From: Balanoglossus misakiensis
Taxonomy: Eukaryota; Animalia; Hemichordata
Assembly: GCA_040954595.2 (NCBI GenBank)
Contig: CM082581.2
Span: 6,440,699 to 6,504,698 of the forward strand
Reading direction: 5' to 3'
Length of the DNA: 64,000 bases
Shown here in pieces: positions 36,331-49,700 of this stretch. Position numbers and translations under genes: made by a program. Under the pieces are notes generated by a model. It saw nothing but the letters and a program-made list of their open reading frames with translations, had not been told where the DNA came from and made no database searches. Within the stretch, counting starts at the first letter, position 1, and each line of letters begins with the position of its first letter.

Positions 36331-39300
36331 GGTATACGCGGATGAGTGTATAGATGACACGCCATGACGCAATGCGAGCCGGATGCGCAATCATGTTGTA
36401 ATAGGGAGAGTGGAAAGTGTTCCTCTACTCAGCAATACAGCGTAAATATGCCACGGGGTTGTAGTTACGTGGGTCGTTAAGACAAATACAACGGTCGGGA
36501 AAGTTTCGGGGCGTGGGTGTGAAATGAGATCGTATCCACAACAGACGACAGATTGCAACACACGCGCGCGTGCTTTGCTTTTCACGAACTTGAAGGCGTG
36601 GGTATCAATATGCAATTAGATCATATCCACCGCCGCGAGACAGTTTTTTTTACGAATCGAAGGCCGTATCCACAACAGTCGACAAATAGCTACTCAGCTA
36701 AAAAACAACGTAAGAAAACTCCGACAAATACTCGTTTACACACCACACCATTATCACTCATCTGTAACCAACAGTCAACAGGTCGATTCTGTGACTCTTG
36801 TTGTCGTTTGAATTTTCTGCTTTCAACTAAGAGACGCTATATCAGACGGTGTGTGCCAATAAGGAATAAAGGAATGTCAATACCCTTGAAGGTGTGTCTT
36901 GCCAGCTGTTTATCCCGACTGCGTTATGTCAGTGGCGTAGACAACGGTGCGTTTCTCTCCACGGTGACGCTAGTTCTTTTCAAGTGTAGGCAACGAGCCT
37001 CAGACTGATCGCGAATCTATTAAAGACGCAATGTCCGTTTTCCTCGCTTGATACCAGACTCTTTCCCATCAAAATCTGGCATGGGAAAAATAGACTTGGT
37101 TTGAATACTTAGAGGGTGAAAGGCAAAATCGCCTTCTTTGATATTGGCCTGGTTAATATTTTTATTTCACGGGACTGATTGCTCTGGTTGTCCTTACTGT
37201 TAAGGGAAAGATGACGGATATCCGTCAATCGCCACTTTGATGAGGAAATTAAAATATGAAGAACGTGTAATTGATGACACATACCAGGAAATAAACAGGG
37301 AAATGCGCAGCTGATACAGAAAATAGCGCGACACCGTCTTCTGAGTCGGAGTCGACACTCGAGCAATGAAAGAGCTGCTTCAAAACGATCTCCACAATCG
37401 CAAAGAAGGTCAATTACCTATGAAATTATGCAACATTATCCTCAACCCTGAAAGAGGCTATTTCGAGTCGTTTGCTAATAAGAGACAATTAGACGTTGAT
37501 CCGTCTTCTGTTACGAAACAAGGGTGACAATTGAATGGATGCGGTTATTGAAAAAGGGTCGCGTAAACTTTCCAAACAGCATAGAAGTGTTTTCCATCTC
37601 TGTCGTTCAAATTCAAAGTTTGGACTGATTGAACAAAATCTCAAGTCTCGCCCGGGGCTTCAAACTGAACTGACCATTCCCGGTCGAGGATTTAGCGAAG
37701 AACTCCCCTTTCTTCGAGTGAAGTGACCTGTAGCGCGGTGCATGCGGGAATTTCACGTCTGAACATGCACCTTCTGCATGTGCTTGCAGTTTGTCAAAGC
37801 TATACCGATCTCCGCCTGGCGAAGATCGACCGTGGGTCGTCTTGAAGTAGAAATACCATTGTCCTGTCTACAGCACTTACTGCCGTTTAAATTTCTGTGG
37901 GCAAATGTTATGTCTGGGCGGATGATCACCGTCTAAGCTCATTTGTGCAGACACTTGACCGGTAACAAAATGATAGGATTAGCCTAAGTCGACGATAACA
38001 TACCAGCGAGACTGTCACGGGGTCGAGAGAGACAAATTATGACAGGTGCCTGTTCATAGGCGGGGTATTGTCGGGTTGGGGGTTTGAACGGCTCGCCTGG
38101 TATAATGGTGTACAATGTACATGGTCATTTAATCTTTTCGCGCCGGTGAGTAACTACTCTTAGTATAGAGTGCGTGTGTGAGAACAAGACTATGATAGCT
38201 CGAATGGAATGTAATGGTTGAAAAGAAAGGGGTCGGCTCTTTTATTTCCTCGAGTTGGTAGAAGAGATTTTGAGGAATGTTTCCAGCAGTGTAAAGTCGC
38301 TTGTTAGCCAAGTATCTCTCTGTCCGAACTCACAGACAGGTGGTCGTATGATCAACCGGGGTTTCGCATTTTTTCCTCTTTCCGAGGCAAACAGGTGGTA
38401 TTTGCTGCACATTCAAAACGTGACCAGCCTTACAAATTCCTCAACGAGAGTTCATGATATTTTTCACAAACACTTGTAACATACACTATTTGAACAATTA
38501 CTCGCGAAACTCTACAAACTATAGTAGCTCAGCTGTTGGATTTCTTTCTTCGCTCACTCACTGATCACTCACTTGGATGAAAAGCAAGGGACAATATAAT
38601 ATTTACACGAGGCCGCGAGCAAACTGTGATGAAATGAACGGAGTCTTGCCGTCGTTGGGATCGTTGTTAGCATCGTTGCTAAGATGGTTGATTTTATCGA
38701 TAAATATATAAATTATTTTTTGTTTGCTTTACGGTTCATTCGGCGTTTACCCACATTTCATTAAGTTTTCTCCTGATGTTGCGGTCACACGGGATAAAAA
38801 AAGAAGTGTGCAAGGAAACCGTGACTACAAAGGGTGTAATTTCAAATTCAACATATCATTAGGGTTGCCACGGTGATCTGACATTGACATTTAACCTATT
38901 GGAACAGGATGGCAGCAAACGCGAAAATACTGTTCTTAGTGGATTAATTCGCGCGATAATGGAGTGAAATTAAATGGGTACGCTTCAGGTAATTCATTAA
39001 AGGTGTCACCGTCACTACCAGAACTAAGAAATGAGAAATACAATGGGGCACTTTGAATGAAAGTAATGAAAACTGACAAACGTACAAGTAGCGAAATCGA
39101 GGAATGGCATTTCCATACCCCTTCTCCATCCGCGGCCCCTTGTGACCGTGACTCCGTGCCTGTGATATCTGACAGAGATTGAAAATTGAAGTTTACTCCC
39201 CGATTCCCTGTATGTAAATCTCAATTATCACTTTAGTTTTGGGGATGTCATTTGATTACAGAGAGATAATTGCGTGAAACTGATTTTACCACACATGTGA

Positions 39301-42162
39301 CCAAGTGTTAATTTTGGAGTTGAGGCGCAAATTATGTTGGATATCTGAGCATATTTGATTGGCTGGGTGGCTTTCGTCGACTTGGCTGTGATTGTTTGCA
39401 GACGCGTATAGCAACAGGTGTTTTGCAATGTTTGATCTGGTACAGACTAGAGAAGCGACAATGCGCAGAACTGGCCGCGGTCGTTGATCACAGCGTAACT
39501 CTATGTAAACTGGCACGCACCTGCCAACAAATGGGAACATACCCAAGAAATCTGCCAAGCTCGCGTTAAACGCCGACGACAAATCAGTGGTGACATCGAG
39601 CCGTTTTCCCCCGCGCCATTTTCATTTACCGTTACTCATTTTTGACGTGCCGCGATTATCAGCGAACGCGGGACTTGGAAATTGCGAGGAAGCACGTCGG
39701 AAATTGCAAAAACGACGTTAATTGCAAAGCAAATACAGAGAACTCGAGGTCAAGCGGAAACTGAGCGCCAGTGAAATTACAATGCCCGATCAAACATAGC
39801 TCCATAGAAATTCGATAAAGATTATTTATCCCTCCTGTTAAATCAAATGTAAAGATCGTTTTCTTATGCAGGGATTAAATACTAATTTCTCAGCGATGTT
39901 TAAGTAGCACATTTTTCAATTTATGTCAATATTTCGAGCAAATATAATTCAATACTAAAATTGCGGATGCAGTGGCCGAGGCCGTACATATTTTGAACGG
40001 AACTATTAAAATATATTTAAGGGGCACATCTCACTTATATCCCATAGCAACGCGCACTATTGCGACGAGTTTAAACAAGTGACTTGAAATGGAAATGGCC
40101 ACCGTCGTTGCTAAGGAAAGCAAATGTCACGTCTTGACAGCTCGGCGCCCTGTGATGTTAAGTAGTTCTCGCAAACTGAATTCGCCTTCTTTTAACCCAG
40201 TCATCAGCCCGACCATGGCCCCATCTGTCATAGAGGGGTCGTGCCCTTTACGTTATATCAACGGACATCAAGTTTCGACCAAATCGATAAAATTGATCAT
40301 AAGCCTATCGCGGTTTACCAATGTAATCCCCAAACTGTACGTGGGCTTGTCATTCGCTTGATCAAATATGATCTGCCTGCTTGTGTATATAGTTACTGAC
40401 ATCTTACACACAATGCCACCGCATGTATTATGACAATTAACGCAAGAGTCAGTCTATAACTGATGTGACCAGCACAAAAGCAAAATCATTTTACAGCTTT
40501 GTAACTAGAACAATCACGATTATTAACATACGTTTACAATGTACATGTAGTATAACTGGAATAATCGCGATCTGCAGTGGACAACGGGAGTGATCTTCAC
40601 ATTGAACTGTCTGCGCGAACAGCAGCGTCATATTTTCTCGCCGTTGCTAGACGACAGTGATAACAACGTTCTGAAGAAAGTGTGCCATTTTGGCCTATAC
40701 GCGTAGTTCAGCACGGTATCGCACGTAGTGAGACACCTGTTAACATTTTGCGGGCGCACGCACATAGACGCAGGCGAAGTTGTAATCCTATGTGTTGAAA
40801 CCGCGATATGATGTAACTGTGAAGTTGATCGCACACAAAATAAAACTGGCGCTAACTTGACATTGCGCTCCTAAACCAACCACTTGAATGTGAACGTATG
40901 AACGAACCAGCAATCAAGCACTATGAACCACGTTCACGTCTACACATTGAACGACGGTAAATGTATAGTAGGGACGGATGTTGGGTTCGCAAGGACACGG
41001 TCGCTCCGTGTCTGAGACCGAACGACCTTTACCTTGGAATAAAGAACAAGACGAACAGAAAAAAAATATAAATACTCACGCCACTTTTAGCATGTGCTTC
41101 ACCAGCTCCGCGTCCGCCATGCTCTCTTATACATGTACATATTGGTAAACACTCTAACAGTCAAGGATGTCTGGTGCGTGCGTTTTCACCACACCGCACT
41201 ATCAGTGAAGTCCGTCATAAATCGTCGCAGGTGACGATTCATCTTGTATTCGTCTTGTTTGGTGTAGGCCTACCCGCTGAAGAAGAAGTGACGTTCCTAT
41301 CAGACAGGCAATAGGCTGCTAACTCCCACTTTTGCCAATATCCCTCGGGACAATCCACCGACGGCAAACCTTATGATGGGGTATATATCGCGTATTAGTT
41401 TACTCGCTGTGACAACAGCGTCTTTGTACAGGTGTACTGGGTGTGCGTGGAGGCAAACGCTTCCAGTCAAACCTTCTTCAAATTGTTTGGCGTGTCCCTC
41501 GGGTGTTTCAGCGCTCCAGTAATCATCCGTCTACAGTACCTGCCACACTGTCAGTCCGCGGAGTTGCGGCAGAAATCGAGAAAACAACCGTAGGACAAGT
41601 GTACACACTCGTCTCCATTAGACACACAGTCAACAGGCGAGATGTACACGTCCACTGACGCTTGGCTGCCCGGAGTCAATTGTTTTGGCCATAAACAAAT
41701 GCACGCACTGATGACCATGTGTTGCTATTGTCTATGCGGGTTTTCTTTTTCCACGCGATACTCCTCGCTCAACGAAACCATAGACAGCGAACAAGGGGAT
41801 GCCGAATTCAATCTTGCTATTCGCATGCAAATTGGACCACTTATCTTGACGCGAATTGAAAGACACCACAGTTTCGTTGCCACGGCGACGGTATAATATA
41901 AAATCGCAAGGGGCCGCGAAATTCATCGAGAAAAATAAATAGTTAAACATTTTCCATTTTCTTTTTTTTTTCTTTTCTTTTTTTGAGTTACTGTTTTGTT
42001 TAGAAGCGAACTGGGACGCTGACTTTGGTCGAGACATGTTTATAGCCTGACTATAATAAAAAAGACCGATATCGTAAAACACTTTTTTTCCATCGATCGA
42101 TTTGAGTGAACTTTCTACACGACGTATATATGAGTTGGATTCGTGCTTCGCGATAGTATAAC

Positions 42163-42176
42163 CATGGACCTCCATG
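42163..42176. mobile_element. Second identical copy of the 14-bp CATGGACCTCCATG micro-insertion, TSD partly decayed
   Basis: GTATAAC|CATGGACCTCCATG|GTATGTG; core identical to 36317-36330; the flanks share only GTAT. Confidence 0.55.
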
Positions 42177-43030
42177 GTATGTGACTCACAGCCATTTTCA
42201 CAAGTGCTTGCTCGGTCTTTCAAACATTAAAACGAACCCCACCAAAGCTTTGACCAGCAAGTTATCCAACGCAGATTACAGTGTGTAAATCACTTTACAG
42301 TATTATGGGGATAACTGTATCCCTGTCAAGTGTTTACAGTTCACGGAGTTCACATCATGCTACATAGGCGCAACCTTAATATTTTGATGACATTCCATGT
42401 CAGGAGGGGTGACTTGTTTTGTCTTCAATAGTAATAAACAAGTATATTGAACAATATTTATTTCATGGTTAAAGTCCACTAAATGACGTTACCATATTTA
42501 GGAAGTTGCGATTCTTTCGAGTCGTACGCGCAAGTGGTCCTGTGCCGCGCGCGATTTCTCACATCTGTCGAGAGAGTGCGCTCTTCAAAGTAAAGACGCA
42601 ACCATGTGGTACATGGTAGAGAGGTGCATAAATCTTGTCAGTCGCTGTATTTTCACTTCGTGCTCGATTCCGTTAGTTGCCTGGCATCGGAGACAGTAGT
42701 GTTGTTAGGTTCCTATCTGCCAACAACGGCGAAACACGACCAGAAGTTTCTAAACATAACAACAATGCACAGTAGCAAGTTATAAAGTGAACTGAAGAAA
42801 ACCACTCTACATAGGTACATACGATATGTCTTTGCGTTATTTCAATCTAACAGGTTTTTACAGAAGTCTTGGCTTACCGTTAATAGTTGATCAAAGCACG
42901 CCACTCCGACACTCGACTCATGGAAAGACCGTACCGTAAACCAAAGCAACGTGCAGCGTCAAGTCAAAGATACGAGGGCGCCATCGCGCTGGACGATTCA
43001 ACTTCCTCGGCGACATTACGTCACCATATC

Positions 43031-43103
43031 GGGGAATTAGCTCAGATGGTAGAGCGCTCGCTTAGCATGCGAGAGGTACCGGGATCGATACCCGGATTCT
43101 CCA
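43031..43103 (+). tRNA. tRNA-Ala-AGC: tRNA-Ala (anticodon AGC)
   Basis: GGGGAATTAGCTCAGATGGTAGAGCGCTCGCTTAGCATGCGAGAGGTACCGGGATCGATACCCGGATTCTCCA. Acceptor stem GGGGAAT/ATTCTCC carries the G3:U70 alanine identity pair; anticodon arm CTCGC-TTAGCAT-GCGAG; T-arm CCGGG-ATCGATA-CCCGG. Confidence 0.97.
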
Positions 43104-43109
43104 CTTTGA

Positions 43110-43121
43110 TTTTTTTTTTTT
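43110..43121 (+). terminator. RNA polymerase III oligo-T terminator of tRNA-Ala
   Basis: Run of 12 T starting 7 nt after the discriminator base. Confidence 0.85.
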
Positions 43122-46100
43122 ACTCACAAAAACGTTTAAACTTTTTAAATACGTTTCTCTCCTGCGCATGTTACTTCTCAGTCATCTGGTTTAATAATCT
43201 AAGTCATCTGGTTTAATAATTTTTTTTATAATGAAGTCACAGACAATTCAGATATTGTATTTCTAGCGTAGCATTCTTTATTTCAGTCTTTTTAAAGCAC
43301 TGAAGTGCCATAGAAAGCGTGATGCACATAGAAACGAAGTATCAAAAGTACAAAAATACAAACAAGAAGCGTGGCTCTGCCATGGAATAGCTCCTAACTT
43401 CAGTGATTCAGGCTAAGACGCAAGTTACGCAGCTCGTTTGGTGTCTGCGATGCACTTCCTTCGTAACTTGCAAAGGCGGTGCATCGTTAGACGAACTAAG
43501 ACAACCGAAACTCTTCTCTGGTTCGACTGACACACTCACTCAAAACTTGTGGCGTTTTGTGGGGACAAAAAACGAAACAGAGAAGACTTGGTTGCTTGAT
43601 TCAAGGTGGCAATGATGCAGAGGCAAGGTGTTCTCAGTAGAGCTACTCTACGCTGGCTCAAGAATTTCTTCAGACCAAAACCTACAGCACTGGAGTTTCC
43701 TTGCAGAACTGCACACTTCCCTGTTAAACTTTGGAAAAAAACGTCCCAGAGGGCCTTGTGCAGTTGGTACACGCATGACGTTTGTTGACGGGTACGTGAA
43801 GAGCGCCCTCATGCAACGGTTTGGAAAATTATGATAGTAATGTAGAAGTCAAACAAACATGCCTCCAAATTTTTTCTCAAGGCTTCAGGGTCTGAAGGAA
43901 TTCTGGCCAAATCAACACACATTGATAAATATAAACTGGAAGACACACTTGGACGGGCATTTCACACGTCTATCTGCTACACTGTTCAATTCAATGATTA
44001 ATCTTCAATTGCGGCCAGACAGCTACAAAACTTTCATAATTGTTCATTCCAGTAAGAATATCAAGCTACAGATATAGGAAACTTAACTTAAATATAATCT
44101 ATTCTAGACTACACAATATATCTCACTCCACTAAACTTCTACACAAGCCACATCCAAGTGTATCTTCCCCAAATTCTGTCGATCTGGATCTTCCAAAATG
44201 GCCGACATGTCTTTCAAGATGGCCGACATGTCGGCCATTTTGAAATAACTGCAAGTATCCTTCTTTTATATAGTAATCACACTTCTGCTCTACAAAGTAA
44301 GTAAGTAACAGATGAGTAACAGATGGAACTGAGAAAACAAAGAAGGATTAGAGTTTTTCTCAGTTTAAACTAAATAAATAGGAATATCTTGTGCATACGC
44401 TGCCAGTTGTTCCTCCCATTTAACTCCAATTATCTCAAAATAATCCCCTTATGAAATGGATTTTCTGAATTTTTTTTATAAAAGTCTACCACCTCATCCC
44501 ATTGCCATTTTTGGCTCCCCCTTAAACACACACACAAAAACTCTTCTTAAGGTATTGGCAAATGGTCTCTTTGAGACATCATTCAGCTTTCACAGCCAAT
44601 AGACGCAGGGATGGGCGTTCAACTTATAAGTCACGTCAGCAGACAAAAATTTGTAATACATACTTATTCTCTTCTCCGACATTTCCAAAGTAGATTTTCA
44701 AAAAAGTCCGAGAAAAGTCAATCAAATTTAGGGTTGGGAGGGAGGGGGTAAAAACACACCAGCTTCAAAAACAAAGGCCATATTCGCAAGTCAACTGCAT
44801 GCAACAGAAATTTGGTGTACTTCATCAATCAAGTGAGGGTCACCTGATTCACTGCACCCAATCAGAGAGTCTGCAGGTAAAACATGTGGCAGTCACATGA
44901 TTGATTGTATCCAATGGGAGAAGAGCAGTGGTGTTACTTTTTTGTCTGCCTTTTTAGGGTCAAATTTCATTCAGTTTTCACAACAGGTGAAACTGTTGCG
45001 TTTTAGACAGAAGCATGGTTTTTTAATGCGCATAATCTGAGTTATGACGCATAAAACAAATGACAAAAAGAGAAAACAAATATAAAACAGTTTGAATTTG
45101 AAAATTTAAATCTTTCTCATGCTGTTTGAGGCAATAAAAGTACTGAGTGGGAAGACTAGAAAAGGTAAATAACAAAACGCATGCAAAGTTATTGAACTTT
45201 TACGGAGATGTACTGAGGACACAGCATGAGAAAGATTTCAAAAATAAACAATGAAAAATCTACCTCTGCTATGGTTGAATACTGATATTATATGAAAGTA
45301 GGTATTTATTTTATTATTTTCCCCTATGAGGAAAACAATTCTTAAACTTGGAATGTACTAAATACATATGACTCTCTATACTGGTACGATATTAGTGGGA
45401 ATTAGGTAATAAATACAATATTGGACTTTGGGGTTAGGAATTTTTCAGTTAAAATATTGGAATTGGTAAACTATTTTGTGAAAAACGAAACACTTCTATA
45501 CACAAATAATTAAGACGGCAACAGAAAAGAAACAGTGCTTTTTTTTCTATCTGAAACTATGATGCATGGGGAAGAAAGGGGGCGGGGATTATAGATCAGT
45601 AACTTCCGGCTGAAATTCGTGGAGGGAAATTCCCAGAGGTCACTGATGAAGGAATGTGTCCCAAAAGTCCTCTCGTCTGCAGCATATTAGGTAAAAAAAA
45701 TTGAAATAAAAGGTTTAAAAGAAACCAAAATAAAAGCAAGGTGTATGTTCCCAATTAAAGCAGACATTAATGGCTGATCATACAACATGCAGATAGGCAC
45801 GGCTGCAGCCGGCGACTCAGGTACGGAAAAAACAGTTGCATAGATTGGTTTGAGAAGTTTTGCACAAAAGTGGGAATTTTCTCACAAAAATTTTTTTGGA
45901 AAAAATATAGTTAAATGTACATTATATTTACATATTAAATACATGATTATCGTTACTCTGAGTGTCACCATGCATAGTTTTTTTTTATATTCAGGCTTTG
46001 GGAAAAGAAGCTCCTATACGGTAATGGTTAATGACAACACACCTGTAACATGGAACGATGATGCTGCTGAAAATGAGAGGGCAGAGGTCACTCGCTGCAT

Positions 46101-46708
46101 TTCATTTTGTGAAAAGAAACACAGCCATGTTTCTCATTCCCCCTTCAGTCATTTCCATCAGCATCAGTATTCACACACGAACACAAAAGGACATTTCAGT
46201 AACAGTTCAGATCAGCATTTGCTTGTCGGGTGACCAAAACTGGTCTGAACCGGTTCCATCTGGTTGCACCCAGTCGGAACATAGTTTTCGAAATCAGGTG
46301 TTATTTAATGCTGTAGTTCCCTGATTTAGTTAGTTATACGTATCAGTTTTCACTGACAACTTAAGTCACAGTTATGATTTTTATTTCGATTTTTTTTCCC
46401 TTTAAGTTACTTATTATTGTCATTTTTTCCCAATTTTTTGTCCTTTTCCAGTAGTAATGCTGAGTAAGTTTGAAGAGTATGTAGTATGCATGGTTAAATG
46501 TGTACTGTTTGGTTATTTACAATCTCTACTGGTTCCAAGGCAAAACCAGCAAGTTATCTTACTTTAACACATATTTAAAAAATAAATGTTCTGATTTGTT
46601 GAGCGAGTCCAAATTTTTTTTTTTAAATATTCGCGCCATTCCTTGGCGTTCGATCTGTCCTTTTTGGGTGTATTGTTGGGAGGGGCTGACATGTTTTTGT
46701 TGTCGTCT

Positions 46709-49700
46709 TCAAACTTTGGACCCACTTCTTGAAGTTTTTCCGGATGATGGTCGACTGCTTCTTGCTGAGCGTTGTCGTGGAGTGTCGCTAGCGGTCGACG
46801 AGTGGCCATTATGCAGACTACCCTGACTCCTGGATTTCTTCTGCAACAATGACAAAAAAAAATCAAAATGTTTACTTCCTAAATTCACACACGTCACCCA
46901 GAATAGCTTTCTTTGCTAAGGATTTTTTACTTTCTGGCCTCATCTAGATGATGTCTGTAAAAATACACAAGAGATCCACGCTACTCACTTTCCGTTGACT
47001 CTTGGATTCAGTGACATGTATTTCTTCGACAAAGTTGGAAGGCACAAGTCCTTTCCTACCACGAAGCTGACAAAAATAAAATCAAAATCAAAGAATTGTT
47101 AAGAAATTAGAATATTATTATTCTTAAACATTGACTGATTAGGCATCATGGCGCAGTAATAAGAGCGACATTTCTAATAAGAACGTTTTGCGTGACACTG
47201 ACAAGAATCTGTGACATGCTCACCTTTCCATGATAGAAACCATCTGAGCGAACCGTGCCATACACAGAGATGATATCACCTTCCTTGAAGGAGAGTTCAT
47301 ACGCTGGGTAGTCATTGGGCGAATGCTCCAAGGGGTTGTAGCTGTATACGGCTACAAACTGAAACATCAAAAAAGGCACATATAATCGTGTAAATTTTCT
47401 CAAACCTTACCTTAATTGTTATACTAGTGCTTTTAAAATGGATGTAAACTCACAGGTCAAGAAATCAACCAAGGGCAGAAGAATCAACTTACATTCCTTC
47501 TCCTTGGTTCACTCATGTCACTGAGAATGGAGGAGACTTCGGTGTCTGCAATGGAGTCGCTGTACGCAGATTCCGTTGGGTGTGGTGACATGGCCGATCC
47601 TGCATGGTAGGTGTCCACTCTCCTCGAGGTCTGGCCGGTGACGGTCACAGTTTCAATGCTGAATGCCATTGGATTCTTCACATGAACATTCTCAAGCAGA
47701 GCCTGAAAATAAGACACAGATTCAATACATGTATAAACATGTCTAAGTATACTGGGCGATATCACAGTACAAGCAGACTTACATGTATATCCATACAGTG
47801 AAATCTGTCATCACGGACACCTTTTTAATCAGGACACCTCTCTATTAAGGACATATTTTCTGTTCCCTGAGACGTCCTTTAGACATGTTTCACTGTATGT
47901 AGAGGTCACTGATCTATTTCTGAAAGTGCACACTCCAAATTCCACAGCCTCATTCTATTCTACCATTTCTACACTTACTTTTGTAAGATGGGCACTGTTC
48001 ACCAGTTGCTTCTGCTTCTCATTGAGGTAGATCTTATAGCCTGCCACCTGGGCGCCGTTACTCTTTGCCATCTCGTCAAGAGGGGGCGGTGTCCATGCGA
48101 GGAGGATGCTTCGACTGCTGACAACTCTGGAAACATGGAAATTACTCGGTGGTTGAGGGGGACCTGCATGGACAGTGTGAATGCAAATATTAGACACAAA
48201 TACACAATAACACTCTACCAGCAAGATGAACCTCAACCTTCTGGATTTGGACCAAACCATGGTGGTGAAAAGGTTAAAGATTCACAGGGACATGTCAATC
48301 ATGTCTGCCATTATCTAAAAGAAAACAAGTCTCAGTTTGTGCTTCAAGTTTGCAAGTTGTCAACCGGTATATAGTTATCTAGATGATACCACTCACAAAA
48401 TTAATTGTCAAGATGTTCTGTTGCGACCATATTCAATATTTGAAATGACAATTTTTACCTTCCATTGGAACGCTCGACGGTTGCAACATGACAAGAGGGG
48501 CACTACCATTGCTCCCCAACGAGTGGTTGGCCAGGTCCGGCATATCCACACCTCCCAGGTGGGCCGGAGAGGCGCCGTTACCCACAAATGGAATGCTGCC
48601 GTTTGGCAGCCCGGCAAATGCCGACGGAACGACGTTCGGTGGGTAACCAAGATGGCTGCCTTGAAGCAGGGATGGCATTGCGGACTGGTTGATCAGCAGA
48701 GGGGAGATTGGAAGCCCGTTGGCGTAAGATGCTGACGCTGCGCCGTTCAACTGTTCTGCCAGCTGGCTGGCTTCTTCTGCCAGTAAGGGCGACGGTTCGT
48801 AAGTGACGGGAAACTGCGTTGGGATGGATTCTCGTAGCCTGTCGTGCATATTCAAGATGTCTTCAGGACTTTGGCTCAAATGTGCGGCATCCTATAAACA
48901 ATGAATGACAAAACATTAGCCATATTTCAAACTATCCGTGAGTAACTCAATCACATCTTGGTTCACAAAGTTACAAAAAAATTGACATATATTTACTGTA
49001 TTTTAAACAACATCAACTATTTAAGGTAGTAAGAATTTAAAATTTTCTCTACCCTTTGGCGTTGACGTCTTGGCGTTGTTCTGCCTGGTGTGGAATTGAA
49101 GATGTCTTCGTTGATATCCGCCAGGGAGCTGGCACTCTCCCTTCCACTGCCTCCCCTCTCCAGCATCCTGGCAAGCTCCGGATCAGCCGAGAGCAGATCC
49201 TGCAAGGTGCTGCCGGGCGACTTGCGACTTCTGGCCGAGGATCGCCCGGAGGCTCCCGCCGATGCCAGGTCTCCCACGTCCGTGCTCAGACTGTCCAAGA
49301 GTTCCTGCATGGCCGCCTCGTCGCTGTCCTGATCGGCCGGGGGTCTGACCGCCGCGGCCGGGGCGGCGGAGCTCTCGATCGCCTGCCACAGCGGCTCGCT
49401 CAGTTCGTGTATTGCACTTTCCGACAAACTCGGCGTCCCCCTCACCGGCTCCGTCGCGGGGGAACCTCGGAGGGTCGAGCCCTCCAGCCTGACCTCCGAC
49501 CTCCTGGCCGCGACCTCGGGCTCCTCGCTGATCCCGACAAGACTGGTGCTGTACGGTGTCAGGGGCTCGTTGTATTCCTCGTCGGGCATTCGAGATTGTA
49601 ACCTGGCGACCGCGTCCAGCAGTTCGCTGTTCCTTCCTCCATATTGCTGCTTGAGTTCTGCAGCGAGCCTTCTGATTACCGTGTCCCTCTCTTTGCATTT

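Noticed and set aside
43180-43220. 22-bp tandem duplication downstream of the tRNA (and a 19-bp one near 57581)
   Set aside because: Simple two-copy slippage duplications; no spacers, so not CRISPR-like.
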